Source of the DNA: Epiperipatus broadwayi
Lineage: Eukaryota > Animalia > Onychophora
Assembly (NCBI GenBank): GCA_028023455.1
Contig: JAQFVV010000006.1
Span: 8,742,001 to 8,806,000 of the forward strand
Reading direction: 5' to 3'
DNA: 64,000 nt
In this document: piece by piece, positions 38,901 through 50,159 of the stretch
How the letters are laid out: each line of letters begins with the position of its first letter
Numbering within the stretch: position 1 is the stretch's first letter
Translations under genes and position numbers: made by a program
The notes under the pieces: model-generated
What the model saw: the letters and a program-made list of their open reading frames with translations, nothing else
The model's database searches: none
What the model was told of the DNA's origin: nothing

Positions 38901-41630
38901 TTATGTAAATAACAACAATTTTCCATGAAATAATGTGGACATTTATTGAATAAAAAATAAAATAAACTTTTTACAAGTTATAAAGATTTTGGCATAGAAA
39001 CAACAAAGACTGTGTCCGGCAATTTACTGAGTTTGAAAGCTTTTTTTACACTTGCTCTTGCCATTTTATTATTCTCGCACAGAATCATGCGAAAACGTAC
39101 ATTTTCGCATGAACTCTGCCGAACTGTGTTGTTCACTTTTCACAGTTGTGTTCAGTTACAAATCGTAGGGAAGCGTGTGTGATGGGCTGACAATTCTTAA
39201 TATGTATTACTACTTCGATTAAGCTTTCTCACAATTATTCAGTAATCAATATTAAAAGAGTTTCGCGTACTTAAAATACGGCTACCATCAAATCATACCG
39301 TAGCGATAGGTCAATTGCGCTCACTTGAGGAATACCTTCGCAACCCAATGAGCGTGGTATTTCGTTACGTAATCGTAGAATACATCGCCATCAAGTGGCC
39401 TGTTACGACTACAACAACTGTTGTAGTGTAAGCCGTAAGTTAGGCCGCTAAAACGGCATATTGATGTGCGTTGGGTGAAAACCAGCGCCATCATGCGGTG
39501 GAGTATATTATATGTACTAGTACTCAAATATGATATATACATAAAGAGTATACATATTATCTTACTGCAGATTGAAATTGATTTAAAGTAAAATTATACA
39601 TATTAAGTGAAGTTCATTTTTAATATAGTTTTGGTAAGCATTTTTTAAAAAAAAACTTTTTAATCACATATACACATTAAATAGCAGAAATATATAGTGA
39701 TAGATATATATCATCTATGTGTTCAATTGATTTAAAGTACAATATACTTTTACATTTTTATTTATTGTGATAATACTAAAAATTTAAAAATAATAGTGAT
39801 AAAACAATTGTTTTTTTTCAACCGCAATTGGGGTTTTTTAGATTTAACTTGAAATAAAAGCATGGGGGGGGGGGGGCAGAAATTAATTAAGGCAATCTCT
39901 TACACACTGTAAATAATAGCATATAATTTTTAAAAAAATTTTCTTCATTATCATTATTATTTCTGCAGTTGATTACACTCCCTATTCCCTTGCCCAATAC
40001 TATGTTTGTGGTTTCAAAAGAATGATTTTGGTATTCAATGTTGTGATCATTCAAGAGTCTTTTCATCAATATCCATCATTGGTTTCTAGATGTTTTTAAT
40101 AATGAAATTGTTATTTTTGTGAAATTATATCCATGAATTGTTTTAACCCATTCTCTATTAAACTCTAATACTTCCAAGTACACCTGGGTCTCATTTTATG
40201 CAATAGATAGGTTCCACAGAAAACCCACATTAAAAAAAAATTGCACAAAAATAGACTTAACTTACCTTTAAAATAGGGGTTGCAATTTTCAGAATTTGCT
40301 TATATAAAAGCAAAGCAACAAGGAAAAATTACTTTAAAATTCGCATTAAAAAAATAAGCAAATAAAATATGACTAATAAAAAATTTCAAATATTTGAAAA
40401 AAAGTAATACAAGACAAACTTTTTTTGCTTTTTTTTTATTAACTACAGTATTTAATTTTATATTTTTCATACATATTTTAATCATTACCGCTAGCTTTCG
40501 TTTGTAAACTGGTAAAAAATCATATTCGATGTGATGTGATGTATTGTAGCTTCTCCTTAAAGGAAGTCAAGAATCTCTCAGCAATTATGCCCAGAGAAAC
40601 CTGTTAGCCACTTCATTTTTATTCGTGATGTGATGTACAACTAGCCCACTTTCAGTTTTGTGCTGTATTAATGATTTTCTGTTTCTATATTAAAAAAATG
40701 AGATCCAATCAAAATAAAAAGACTATACATTATCATTAGAAAGATTATTTTCAGTTTATAAAATCTTCGTTTTTTATTTTAAAAATCTAAAAGATTATTT
40801 ATTTCTGTTATATATAACAAAAATACGTTTTAAAAGTTTAAATTTTTTGAATATTTATTGCGATATTTTTATATGTAAGTATAAATCTATTATTATTATT
40901 TATTCATTAGTATAAATAAGCTAAGATTCTATATACAGCTTCTATTATAACGTTATATTTTTGAAAAAAAAAAAAAAATTTCAAGTCAAAATAAGTTATT
41001 AATAATTTAAATTTCTTGATATCTAATAAATATAGTGAAATATGAAAGATATTAAGAAGAAACATGAATCGCATAACTTCAAAATCGCATTAAAATAATC
41101 CGCATAAAACGAGACCCAGGTGTATATACATTTAATTTTAAAACCAGTATGGCAAAAATAAAAAATAAAATGAGTTATAATAATGAAGGATATTCTGTAT
41201 CTGAGCTGATAATATCATCTAGCCTAATAGGTAGTTATCTTATTGTCAAATTCTCATTTTCTATTGCGCTTTTTAAAGTATTTTTAACATACATAATATG
41301 TTGGTAAGATCTCTAATGACATTGAACTAGTCAGAAAATTAAAATTACTTTAAAAAGTCCAATAAAATTGATATTTATTTAAGACATTAAATGATATAAT
41401 TTATAAGTGCACATAACATTGATGACAATTATATCATTAAGATTGTGCTCACAGATTAAATCATGATATTAGTTATATATATATATTTTGTTTTTAGGTA
41501 TGTATTGGAGTGTTACAACTCATTATCATGGCTGTCTATTGACCCATCAACTCATGATCGACGATCTTGTTTGCCTATACATTTGCAAGTTCTAATGCAA
41601 ATTTACCATGCTGTAGCCTCACTTGTGTGA
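5816..41630 (+). CDS. MED13: Mediator of RNA polymerase II transcription subunit 13, 3' part (12 exons, 755 aa plus stop; 5' exons lie upstream of the window)
   Basis: Join of 5816-5941, 11123-11246, 11332-11391, 13295-13489, 21196-21434, 26967-27158, 27243-27472, 27845-27987, 28074-28351, 29765-30196, 33058-33173, 41498-41630 gives 2268 nt in one frame with all GT-AG introns. It contains MED13 motifs [81 protein letters not shown] and DRRSCLPIH. Confidence 0.97.
7298..7511. repeat. Tandem duplication, 108-bp period, 2 copies
   Basis: TCCAATCAATTTTGAC at 7311 recurs as TCCAGTCAATTTTGAC at 7419. Confidence 0.85.
8300..8500 (-). mobile_element. RTE-clade LINE 3' fragment, degenerate
   Basis: Reverse complement aligns by eye to 22910-23140 (agttgggctggacat..., gtaaaagacc.aga.agagaccaca.g.agat.gatggatgaa). 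Confidence 0.75.
9518..9533 (+). promoter_or_regulatory. CTCF-like motif
   Basis: GCCAGTAGATGGCGCT matches the CTCF core consensus; binding untested. Confidence 0.45.
9790..10320 (-). mobile_element. Penelope-like element 3' fragment: GIY-YIG endonuclease plus downstream HHR
   Basis: Minus translation ...[11 protein letters not shown]...KDKK...[31 protein letters not shown]...KIKEA*FI...INR.D....ISKRW matches the PLE GIY-YIG pattern; one in-frame stop. Confidence 0.85.
9795..9835 (-). ncRNA. Type I hammerhead motif, A3-U8 core variant (family F4)
   Basis: GGCU AUGAAUA U GGAGA-AGGAA-UCUCU GAAA GCGC UU AGCC: helix I 4 bp, helix II 5 bp, palindromic helix III AGCGCU. Confidence 0.65.
11123..11246 (+). 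CDS. MED13: MED13 exon (phase 0-1)
   Basis: attag|GTATGT...ATAG|gttagt; [41 protein letters not shown]. Confidence 0.95.
11332..11391 (+). CDS. MED13: MED13 exon (phase 1-1)
   Basis: attag|GCGTA...TTAG|gtaagt; [20 protein letters not shown]. Confidence 0.95.
13295..13489 (+). CDS. MED13: MED13 exon with Ser/Thr-rich low-complexity segment (phase 1-1)
   Basis: ttcag|CACCT...GAAGA|gtaaga; [17 protein letters not shown]...[28 protein letters not shown]; overlaps track ORF 13303-13539. Confidence 0.9.
15171..16062. mobile_element. Tandem plus inverted array of a ~370-bp HHR-bearing unit (family F1; PLE pLTR/retrozyme-like)
   Basis: Unit 15171-15540, partial direct repeat 15541-15680, full inverted copy 15681-16062; HHR motifs at 15218-15252(-), 15594-15631(-) and 15972-16011(+). 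Confidence 0.85.
15972..16011 (+). ncRNA. Type I hammerhead motif (F1), sense to the MED13 pre-mRNA
   Basis: ACCUCA CUGAGGA AGC-CAGUC-GCA GAAA CCG GUC^ UGAGGU: helix I 6 bp perfect, core intact, helix II weak (2 bp plus A.A), palindrome ACCGGU. Confidence 0.7.
17990..18170 (+). mobile_element. Possible degenerate hAT dimerisation-domain remnant
   Basis: [17 protein letters not shown]...LSIP weakly resembles the hAT C-terminal FW..x..P.LA...LSIP motif. Confidence 0.3.
19166..19206 (-). ncRNA. Second F4 hammerhead motif, inactivated (G12C)
   Basis: GCU AUGAAUA U GAAA-ACACAAAC-UUUC CAAA GCGC UU AGC; same core and helix III as 9795-9835 with a different but paired helix II. Confidence 0.55.
19287..20348. 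mobile_element. Degenerate Tc1/mariner-pogo type MITE
   Basis: Left CGTTTCCCACAAAATAAGACC and right GTCTTATTTCGGGGAAA are imperfect inverted termini; TSD not resolved. Confidence 0.45.
21196..21434 (+). CDS. MED13: MED13 exon (phase 1-0)
   Basis: taaag|ATTCT...TTGCAG|gtttgt; ...[50 protein letters not shown]. Confidence 0.93.
22780..23148 (+). mobile_element. 5'-truncated RTE-clade LINE, intact 3' ORF end and (GAT)n tail
   Basis: [29 protein letters not shown]...[16 protein letters not shown]...W.PR..KR...RP..RWMDEI...; tail taatgatgatgatgat. Confidence 0.92.
23567..23710. mobile_element. Small head-to-head F1 fragment
   Basis: 23567-23630 matches 15481-15540 and is fused to a plus-strand HHR segment matching 15970-16040. 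Confidence 0.75.
23638..23679 (+). ncRNA. Type I hammerhead motif (F1), sense to the MED13 pre-mRNA
   Basis: UCCUCA CUGAGGA AUGC-CAAAA-GCAU GAAA CCG GUC^ UAGGGG: perfect core and helix II, one helix I mismatch or bulge next to the cleavage site. Confidence 0.7.
23750..26130 (-). mobile_element. Highly degenerate RTE-BovB-like LINE (APE plus RT remnants)
   Basis: Minus fragments: [17 protein letters not shown]...[11 protein letters not shown] (APE end), [34 protein letters not shown]...SCP (RT), FYSEL...RGG (C-terminus); many stops and frameshifts. Confidence 0.7.
26967..27158 (+). CDS. MED13: MED13 exon (phase 0-0)
   Basis: tacag|ATAATA...AAAGAT|gtaata; [10 protein letters not shown]...[14 protein letters not shown]...KSLTGLGP. 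Confidence 0.95.
27243..27472 (+). CDS. MED13: MED13 exon (phase 0-2)
   Basis: ttaag|GAGAAA...AATAG|gtaaga; [10 protein letters not shown]...[33 protein letters not shown]. Confidence 0.96.
27845..27987 (+). CDS. MED13: MED13 exon (phase 2-1)
   Basis: ttag|GAACC...AAAG|gttagt; [47 protein letters not shown]. Confidence 0.96.
28074..28351 (+). CDS. MED13: MED13 exon (phase 1-0)
   Basis: aatag|GCTGG...ACTCAG|gtaaga; WSSILSRK...[12 protein letters not shown]...[21 protein letters not shown]. Confidence 0.97.
29765..30196 (+). CDS. MED13: MED13 exon (phase 0-0)
   Basis: aatag|GCTAAT...CTTAAA|gtaagt; ...[40 protein letters not shown]. Confidence 0.97.
31285..31590. repeat. Dispersed direct duplication of a ~110-bp AT-rich segment
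   Basis: aatagaaattatcaa.tttaattcatat...aataaataatg.a.attgtttgaatttttct occurs twice about 195 bp apart. Confidence 0.7.
31755..32072. mobile_element. Head-to-head palindrome of family F2 with HHR 3' halves
   Basis: Inverted arms; both retain GAAA UACGU(A/G) UA UUGGUG; the CUGAUGA half is deleted (left arm) or truncated (right arm). Confidence 0.75.
32280..32760 (+). mobile_element. Degenerate RTE LINE RT N-terminal fragment
   Basis: [18 protein letters not shown]..., followed by a frameshifted NYxPISLL..LYKIFTK motif. Confidence 0.65.
33058..33173 (+). CDS. MED13: MED13 exon (phase 0-2)
   Basis: tttag|TCTGCC...CTCAG|gtaagt; [39 protein letters not shown]. Confidence 0.96.
37191..38192. 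mobile_element. Non-autonomous DNA transposon (Sola2-like), ~45-bp TIRs
   Basis: TGG(T/A)ACTAGTATC(GA/AT)TGACAGTACAG.T.GCTGGATGGCGCT at both ends in inverted orientation; flanked by TTTT. Confidence 0.7.
38258..39525. mobile_element. Non-autonomous DNA transposon (Sola-like), ~68-bp TIRs
   Basis: GA(G/C)TACT(A/C)GTA.ATATAATA.ACTCCACCGC.TGATG...CTGGTTTT..CCCAA.GC.CATCAATAT inverted at both ends; AAATAT on both flanks; interior 39090-39140 matches 58605-58650. Confidence 0.75.
40181..41122. mobile_element. Second copy of the pogo/Tigger-like element, lacking the transposase remnant
   Basis: TA-CACCTGGGTCTCATTTTATGC ... GCATAAAACGAGACCCAGGTG-TA; first ~330 bp homologous to 4053-4440. Confidence 0.85.
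41498..41630 (+). CDS. MED13: MED13 terminal coding exon with TGA stop
   Basis: tttag|GTATGT...GTGTGA; [43 protein letters not shown]. Confidence 0.96.
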
Positions 41631-44600
41631 CCTATAATTACGTAAGTGGACATTGTACTAAACTGTCACTACAGGAGCTATGACCAAATAAATAATATGA
41701 CCAAACATTAAGCCAGTGCCTGTTAGGAAATGATTCTTAACCTCATTAAGCCTCGGTGATGAATATTGGTCATTACACGTCTCATCAAGAAATATCTACA
41801 TAGCCTACACATAAACCAGGGCTCCTGAAAGAAATTTTGACTGACGCAAAAGAAAATGGTGCAAAATTATTTTCTTTATTATTTTTGGAAAAAGGGGTAA
41901 AAAAAAAAAAAAAAAATCAGGAACTGTTTACAGAAAATTGGGCAGGGTTTAATGAGTCATTGTGTGCTGTTACCTCCCTCCCCCCCCTCTCATTTGTTGT
42001 TGTTAATAATTATAATTATAATCCCCTATTTATTTTATTTCATTTTTACATTTATTTATTTGACCTTTAATTTTGGGGAAAGATATATATATATATAAAA
42101 AGCATGTACTTATGCAAAACGCTAAAATTATTTAAACTGGACAAAAAAAAACTTATTTTGAATGTATATATGTATATGTGTGTTTGTATATATACGTGTG
42201 TGCGTGTGTATATATATATATGTATGTATATATATTTGGCTTTTATATATACATGTGTGTGTATATATGTATTTGAGTGTAAGTATGTATATATGTGTGT
42301 ATATATTTGGCAATATATATACGCGTGTATGTATACATTTGGGCGTACATATGTGTATCGATATATGTATCGATACATATATGTATTGATAATTGGTAGA
42401 TTGTTTGTGCTGGATTAAGTGCAATTATTTTCTTTTTGTAGATTGTTAAATTAAGAAACCAGCCCAAACAAAAAAAGATGGAGTGAATTCTTTACTCATA
42501 ACAGTATCAGGTTTACCCAGATTGCAGCACACTTAAGCTCTTTTGTACATAAAACAGTGAAAATATTTATTTAAAGATGATTATATGGAAATAAAAAAAA
42601 AAAAATACAACTTGACACTAATTTATTTGCTTATTAATTCTATTGTCAAGGTCGCTATTCTAGACTTAAATTATTTTTAAATACTGATGTGTGATACAAA
42701 ACGATTGTTTATAATTACACAAATATCTATTTAATTCAAATTCAAATAGCATAAGGGTTGGATGAATGCTAATACAATATTAAATTTATTGATTTTGCTG
42801 TTTTATATTTAAGTATTATGTTTTGCAAAACTTTTAATGCTTTGCATTAATTTATCTCTTTTTTTTTTTGGCCTGGAGGCACTTATTTATAAAAATGCAA
42901 TGGTTCTTTCCCCTTCTTCCTCCCTCCTATTGTGATATATATATTTATATATATTATTTTACAGAAAGTAAAAAAAAATGTTTTGAAGTGAATTCTGGTA
43001 CACTTGTTTTTAATAATTTTTACTGTTTTTTTTTTTTTAAATTATTGTGTTTTTTTTTTAAGTTGCCCTCTTCACTTTTTTAATTAAAAAAAAATTATTT
43101 ATAAAAAGTATAGTTCCACGCTCCGGATCTGACTACATTCTGATGTACCAATTTTTTTTCATGACTCTGCAGTCATTACGTTGTACTGCCATTGGTCGCA
43201 AAGAAGGGGCTAAACAATGCACAAAGAAAAACACTTACCGACTGTTTTGCTTCAAAGAAGTGAAAAATATCCTTTTTTTGTTTTTGTATTTGGGGAAAAA
43301 AGACTTAAAAGAGAGAGCGAGAGAAAGAGAAATTATTTATTTTGTATATACAATGTTAAAAAGTTGTAAATCTGAGTAGATCCCAATATCTCAACAATGT
43401 ACATGTAGATTGTAAATTCGTAGGTGGCACCAGTTCTCAAAATTTCTGATAACTCACTTGTATCTCAGTTGCTGTATGTGGTACAAAGACTTGAGACATT
43501 TATTGCCTTTCTCCCATTTTTTGTATAAAATATTGGCATTTTTGTACAGAAATCGTTTCAAATGCCAAAACCCATGGGGAAAATATTTCTACGAGACAGA
43601 TTTTCCTTTCATGATTGTATATGTTATTTATATCCAGAAAATTTTCAAAAAAAAAAAAAAAAAAAAAGTCATTTTATGTGATTGTATCGATAGCCATTCT
43701 CTGATCAACTAAATAAATGCAAGATTTTTTTGGTACCTTCAAATTGTACAGAAATTATATTCAAACTACTGCAGTATTTTCTTTTTTTTAAAAAATATTT
43801 ATGTATTTCAAATAAAGTTTGTATTTATGTTATGGCTTGCATTCCAATGCCCTTTCCCTCCTTATTTAATTGTTACTTTTAATTTTCTGACCACAAAGGG
43901 GCAGATTTATCAAGTTCTTTAATATGAAATAGTGTGTGTGGTTTTATAAATTATAATGTACTCTGTGAATCACAGAGGTCTATTCTTGAACTTTTGCCCA
44001 CAAGTTGGACAAATACAGTTATAGTAACTTGGATTTTTTTTTTTAGCGATAATGGATAAAAGAAGTGAGAGAGAAGGTTTTGTGGCCTACTTACTGTCTT
44101 AGTCGTATAAAAAAAAACATTAATTCTACACCATCCTCATTTTTCTACACTCACCCGTGTGTGTGTGTTTATATGTGTATGTAAGTGTATATATTTATAT
44201 ATACACACATTTTTTTGTAAACGGCTATTATTATGACACTTTACACCAACACTAAGATGAAGCTGTGGGACGATAATAAAAATAAAAAAAATTTGTTTAA
44301 ATCATGGAAATTTTTTTGTGGATTCATAAACTTTGTAAAGACATTTAATAAAAATTTATATTGTAAAAAAAAATAAGAAAGAAACGACAATGCAGAACTT
44401 TATTATAGAATAGTGCCACTCTTTAAAAATATATAAAAAGAAAATGGTGTGATGTGGGTTTGAGGAAATTTGTACACTTTGGATATTGAATTGGATGGCT
44501 GATCACAGAAAACTTTGTACGAGTTTTGTTTTTCAAATCAATTCTATATAAACTGTGTTGTAAATAGCTCTAGCAGCAAAAGATACCCAATGTAAAAATT

Positions 44601-47500
44601 TGCCCCACATTTCTAATAATTACTAATTTTCATTTAAAAGAATGTACGTATTCAATGATGGAATATAAGTTATTTTCATAGTCACAATTGTAAGCTAGCT
44701 CAACAAAATAAATGTCTTTATTCTGATGTTGTTTTGTTTGGTTTAATTGGAATTTTGTTAAAAAAGATCATAAAAATTTTTATCTCAAGCTTGCCTTAAA
44801 TTCCTTTATTTAAATGACATTCATGTAATACATATACGCATACATAATACACGAGCAAGATTTTAAAATAATTGTGAAATAGTTCTGTTATATTTACGAT
44901 GATGTTTTACGATAGTCTCTAGGTAAATTGCTAGGAAAGTTGAATCTCTGCATTTCCGTTGAATATTACATTGATTTTGTCCAACAATATTTGATTGTTA
45001 ATAACAGTTATGAGCAAGCATAATAAATGGTGATCACGTGATGTTTGGTGGTTTAATATTTGATTGCCTGCAAGATTCATTTATTTTTGGTTCAGGGTCT
45101 TTTTTAAATTAACCGAAAGGGTACGGGTGTGAAAACTCACATTTAGATTGCCTTAATTTAATTTAAAAATGCTTTTGAAAGAAAAGTTGATCATTCCACC
45201 CTCACGAAACGCAGCATCATATAGTCTTCTTGTTTAAAATTAACCTGTATAAAAAATAACATCTCTATCTAGAGATATTTTTTGTGAATATAATAACGGA
45301 CATTGGATAGTAGTCTTAAGACAATTCTGATTACACAGCTAATGTTGGCCTTCAGCATTCAAACACCTAATTACATATAGCATTTATTCAGATTTTATTG
45401 GAAAAGAAAATTATTGTAAAAGACAAAGTTATTACAAATGTAATAGTCATATTTTACATTTTTGGTACAGAGCAAATCACAGGGCCACTCGAGGTGATCC
45501 ATACTCAAGTGTTTTTTTATAATTAATTCTGTTATTATTTATTCCTTTCATATTTTTATATTTGTACAAAATGGCATAATTTTTTTTATTCTTTCAATCT
45601 AACATGAAAAATTAATTTTTAAAGCACTGCATTAATATCAAATATGATACCTATTGTAGCCCCCCCCCCCTTGCCCATATCATTTAGCTTCAACTTAGGT
45701 GGATACTAAAATTTGCAGAGAAGCAAATATAATAAAATACATATGGCTGCGTTTGTAATATACAGGCTGAAAATGTTTTGACATATTTAATACTACGATA
45801 AGTTGAAATTTTTTTGTTCTCTTGTGATAATTTCTACAATCATTCAATATTTGATTTTAATATTAAACCAATATTCTATATTAGAATTAAATAAATTGGA
45901 CTTAATTTGTTAAAAGTGTAGTCTGCTGAACAAAAAAGATGTTTAAAAATTCTTATTTCAATTTTGAAAGTATTACAAAAATGATAATTGTTACGTATAT
46001 GAAAGTAATACCAATTGAGCTTGCAATTCCAGAAAATTAAAATCTTTGTTGACTGAAATTTATTTTTAAATGGGAAAGAATAAATGTGAAGCCGTCATAC
46101 ATCTGTCACATTCTATTCTAAAACCTAAAAATTGCATTTACAATTTTTAAAATATTGCACAAGGCAATACAAGCCATGCATCTCGCCACAATTTTTTTTA
46201 TTCGCACTTGAAATTGTGAACTTCTATTTTTAAAAATAAAACATACATACATACAATAAAGTCCAGTGCATTCGTGTATATTTTTGTTTTTAAATAATAA
46301 TTACACAGTTATTAAAATTAATCATGAATCTAATAAATTATACAAAAAAAAATCAATTTTTTTCTTTGCCATTAATCTTATCAAAGTAATATTGCAAATG
46401 ATTTCAAAGCCAGAGAACAAAGAATTTGAACAGTCAATTATGTGGAGATTAGATTAAATTACTTTAAAGTAGTTATTAGAAAATACTGATCTCTTCAGAT
46501 TTTTTTTTATAAAAAAAACAACAACTAATTAATATTTAAAAACTACCAAAATATCATTACACATAATTATAGAAGGGCCAAGAAAAGCAGATATCAAACA
46601 GTGCCATCCCAACAAAAATATCCATTTCCATTAAGTATTGACGTTCAAAATTTAAATGTAATTGTTTTCTTGATTAAAATTTCTTTTTGTAATCAGACAA
46701 GGGGAGATGGAAGGGCTACTACCTATATTCCTTTAGTTTATGCATCACTTTTCATTGTCATAATCAAATCTAATGCAAAGATTCATGTCTTCTGTTGCAT
46801 CATATTTGAACTTTAAAATTGTTTGTAGGAGTAAGAATGGTTTTATTAATAAAATTAGCTGTTCTTGAATTACTAATAGACATGCAGACGCAGTATGAGA
46901 AAGATATTAAAAAAAGGTGAGTTAAATGTAGAATGTAACTTCAAGAGGAGAAAGGTGGGGTGTTTAAACATTGATTAATCATCAGATTAGAAGTATTAAG
47001 TTTCATTGTGGAAGATACATTTATATGAGTGTTATTAAAATCTTTTTTTGTATTGAACATTAAGTAAATTATTTATAATTGTTGCTACATGTAAAACATC
47101 ACTGCTTTATAAGATTTAAGTTGGGCAATTTCACACTTTCATTGTTTTCCAAAAAAAATGGATATTTTTAAAATAGACGGAGGAAAAATCTAAGCACCAT
47201 GGAATGATATCTTAATCCCATTGTAAATACATTTTGTATGCCTATGAATAATAGAATATAAAATAATATATAAAGTATTTTCTTAAAAGAAAAAAACGTT
47301 TTTATTTAATTTGATAAGTATTGCATTAATTTTTTTTCCTTGAACCATATGCTTGATTGTTAAGTGTAACTTTAAAAAAATAAAAGCATCCGTAAATTAA
47401 TTAAATACTACTAGATATCACTTCTTCTTTTCGAAATTTCTTATCATGAGCAGGAAAACTTTAAATTTAAAAACTAAAAAAAATAATATGTTACCATGTT
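41631..47500 (+). other. Putative long MED13 3'UTR (end undefined)
   Basis: Follows the stop codon; U-rich tracts and several AATAAA; no TE fragment recognised, unlike the introns; the end point is a guess. Confidence 0.4.
42080..42390. repeat. Compound (TA/TG)n microsatellite
   Basis: Alternating purine-pyrimidine tract; accounts for the overlapping Y/I/H/C-rich ORFs in the track. Confidence 0.9.
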
Positions 47501-50159
47501 TTCAATGTTTGAAATTATATTAATGCATGTTAAAACTTGGCTCATTTTTGTGTGTGAAGACAGCAATTTGAAAAAGCAAGTTTTAGGTAAATATTTCTTT
47601 TAATTAACAATGCTCTTTACCGCAATAGTCATCAAATTAAATGAAAGCATATTTTACACATCATTCAAAACTTACAGAGTCAGTTTTTCAGTACGATTTG
47701 AAATGCTTCTTGCCAATATTGTTACATTGGACGACCATGAAATATTGTGTTGTAATATTGTATCATTTCAGCTCTTTGAAACATTAAAATTATTTTTTCA
47801 CGTTAATAGGAAAACCGTTCCTATTAAATATTAAAATACGATTCAAGAAGATGTTCGTTCAGTAGTAGTTTGAAAATTGGTTACAATTTTTTTTTTAAAG
47901 TATATACTCCGAAGGATAATTTAAATTTCATCATTCACTTCCTCCCCTCCCCCATTCTTTTTAAATTAACTAAAAATGTCTTTCTTTCTCAAATAAATAA
48001 AAGTGTTTGCTTAATAAAATATCACGCTATCACACATGATTCAAAATTTGTCTGATAAGATTGTTAGGCTGGAGAATCCTGAAATATTGCATCGTCATTG
48101 AAACAAAACATGTAAAATTTTAGGAATATCTGATTTTGTAGAAGTAGATTGAAAATCTGGTTCAAAGTTTGATCCAAATAAACAAGTCTTAAGTTTAAAA
48201 AAAGGATTTACTTTTCTGAAGAGCAAGAAGGGAATTTACATACTACATATGAATATGGTTGTTACTTAAGTCGAACATTGATGGCGATTTTTAAAATGAA
48301 TTCTTATTAAAATAAATTTTTATAAAAAACATTTTCTAAAAAAAATTATATAATAATTTACGAACCATTTATTATTTTCTCAAATAGTATTTTTCCCATT
48401 TGATAATGCAGAACAAAATTTAATAATTAAAGTTAAATATGAAGATAGGAGAGCTAATTTATTATCAAACCAAGATTTATTAAGTAACAGAATTCTAGGA
48501 TATTCATTACTTTAAATTTTATTAGAAATATAAAAATAATATACTTTTTATAACAACCCTTCAAAATATAGTAATGTGTTGTAAGTTTATTCGGTACTTA
48601 TGTGTTTTAAGGTAAACCAAGATGGCAGCCTATATTTTTGAGAAATATAGTTTCAAGGACCTACAATCCCCTGAAGATTTGTTATTAAATTTAAAAAAAG
48701 TAATAAGATTCATTAAGAATCTTTATTTTATTTTATTTTTTACTTGTATTACAATGTGGAAGCGATGATATGTTCTTAACTTTATCGTACTTTGGTTCAA
48801 TTAGCATGTTTCTTGTTGTCATCAGCAGTTTTTTGATAAATTGTCATCATGGTCAAAATTTGGGATCTTGTCAGAATTGATTCAGTGGAGCATTTCCAGA
48901 ATTACAGAATTCTGTCCTCCAAAAAAGTGTGCATTAATAGCCACAATATGAAACTTTGTATTCAAAAGTCACATTTGAACAAAAATTGGAGAAAAAAAAG
49001 AATTACAATGTAAATAAAATACATAGAGAGGTAGCAGGAAAATAATTCAAGAAAAGCTTCACAATGATTTAACATTCTGAATTATACATTCATTTAAGAA
49101 AATTTCTTGTTTTATAAATAACGTTAACAGTTGGAATAAAATTACAGATTTGACTCAAAAATGCTATACAAGTTTGGAGGCCATTACCGATTGCACGCCG
49201 CCGATATGACTACAGTGTAAATATTGTATTTATATATTTTTAATTCATTTTTCTGTTAATACAAAAAAAAAATGAAGTGTAAATATTGCAATGAATTTTT
49301 TCCCCAATGATTTTTTTTAAAAAAAAATAGTAATATTTAAAATATAAATATTAAATATGATGTTTCCTAGCAATCCAAATACAAGCTGCTATCTTAGTTT
49401 ACCTGAAAACTTACAAATACTTTTTGTTCATTTAAAAATGCCATCACAATAAAGGTTTGCACTTGTTTCAACTTACATTATAATCTGAATTTTATGGAAA
49501 GCAATAAATAGGAAAACAGGATTATCAGTATTATGAAAGTAACCATTTTAATTAAAAGCAAATTGCCAATTCATAGGTTAATTTTCTCTCATATAGTATT
49601 TTTTTTACGTTCTATCTTTTAAACATATACATGCTTATTTTTATGTCGGTTTGAAACGCCAGACTCATCGCACTCGTGGGTTGGCTTCAAATCAAAAGTA
49701 TGCTCGGCTACTCTTAATAATTATGATAAACCTTTCACCATTGTTAGAAATGTTTTGGCCATTTTATTACACACAAGGAGGCAAAGAATAACGAATTTTA
49801 TATTATATATGAATCTAAAGGTGGCAAAAAATTTTGGCATTTTATTTAAAATTTTAATCCTTTTATTGTTAGCTCTGTTATTTGCAACTTTTCGTATATT
49901 AGTTGCTTATCATTGTATCATTTTTTTTATATTCAGATGTTATACCATTTCAATACATTTGTTTTATCAATCCTGTTTTTATATATCGGTTGCTTTTTTT
50001 TTTTTTAATTATTTTTTATGAGTATTTTTATTCCATAATCTTAAATCATTTTTGAGTTGCTATCTGATTTTCTTGGCCAACCACTAACTTTTTCTACATG
50101 TGAAACTATTCTGTCTTTAACCCACTGGATTTTTGAAATTTTGGTAGTAGTGAGTTACA

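Noticed and set aside
5942-41497. U12-type or GC-AG introns in MED13
   Set aside because: All 11 donors are ordinary GT; none has GTATCCTT.
42067-42467. Five or more overlapping 74-104 aa ORFs on both strands
   Set aside because: Artefact of the TA/TG microsatellite, which lacks stop codons; the composition is only Y/I/H/T/C/V/M.
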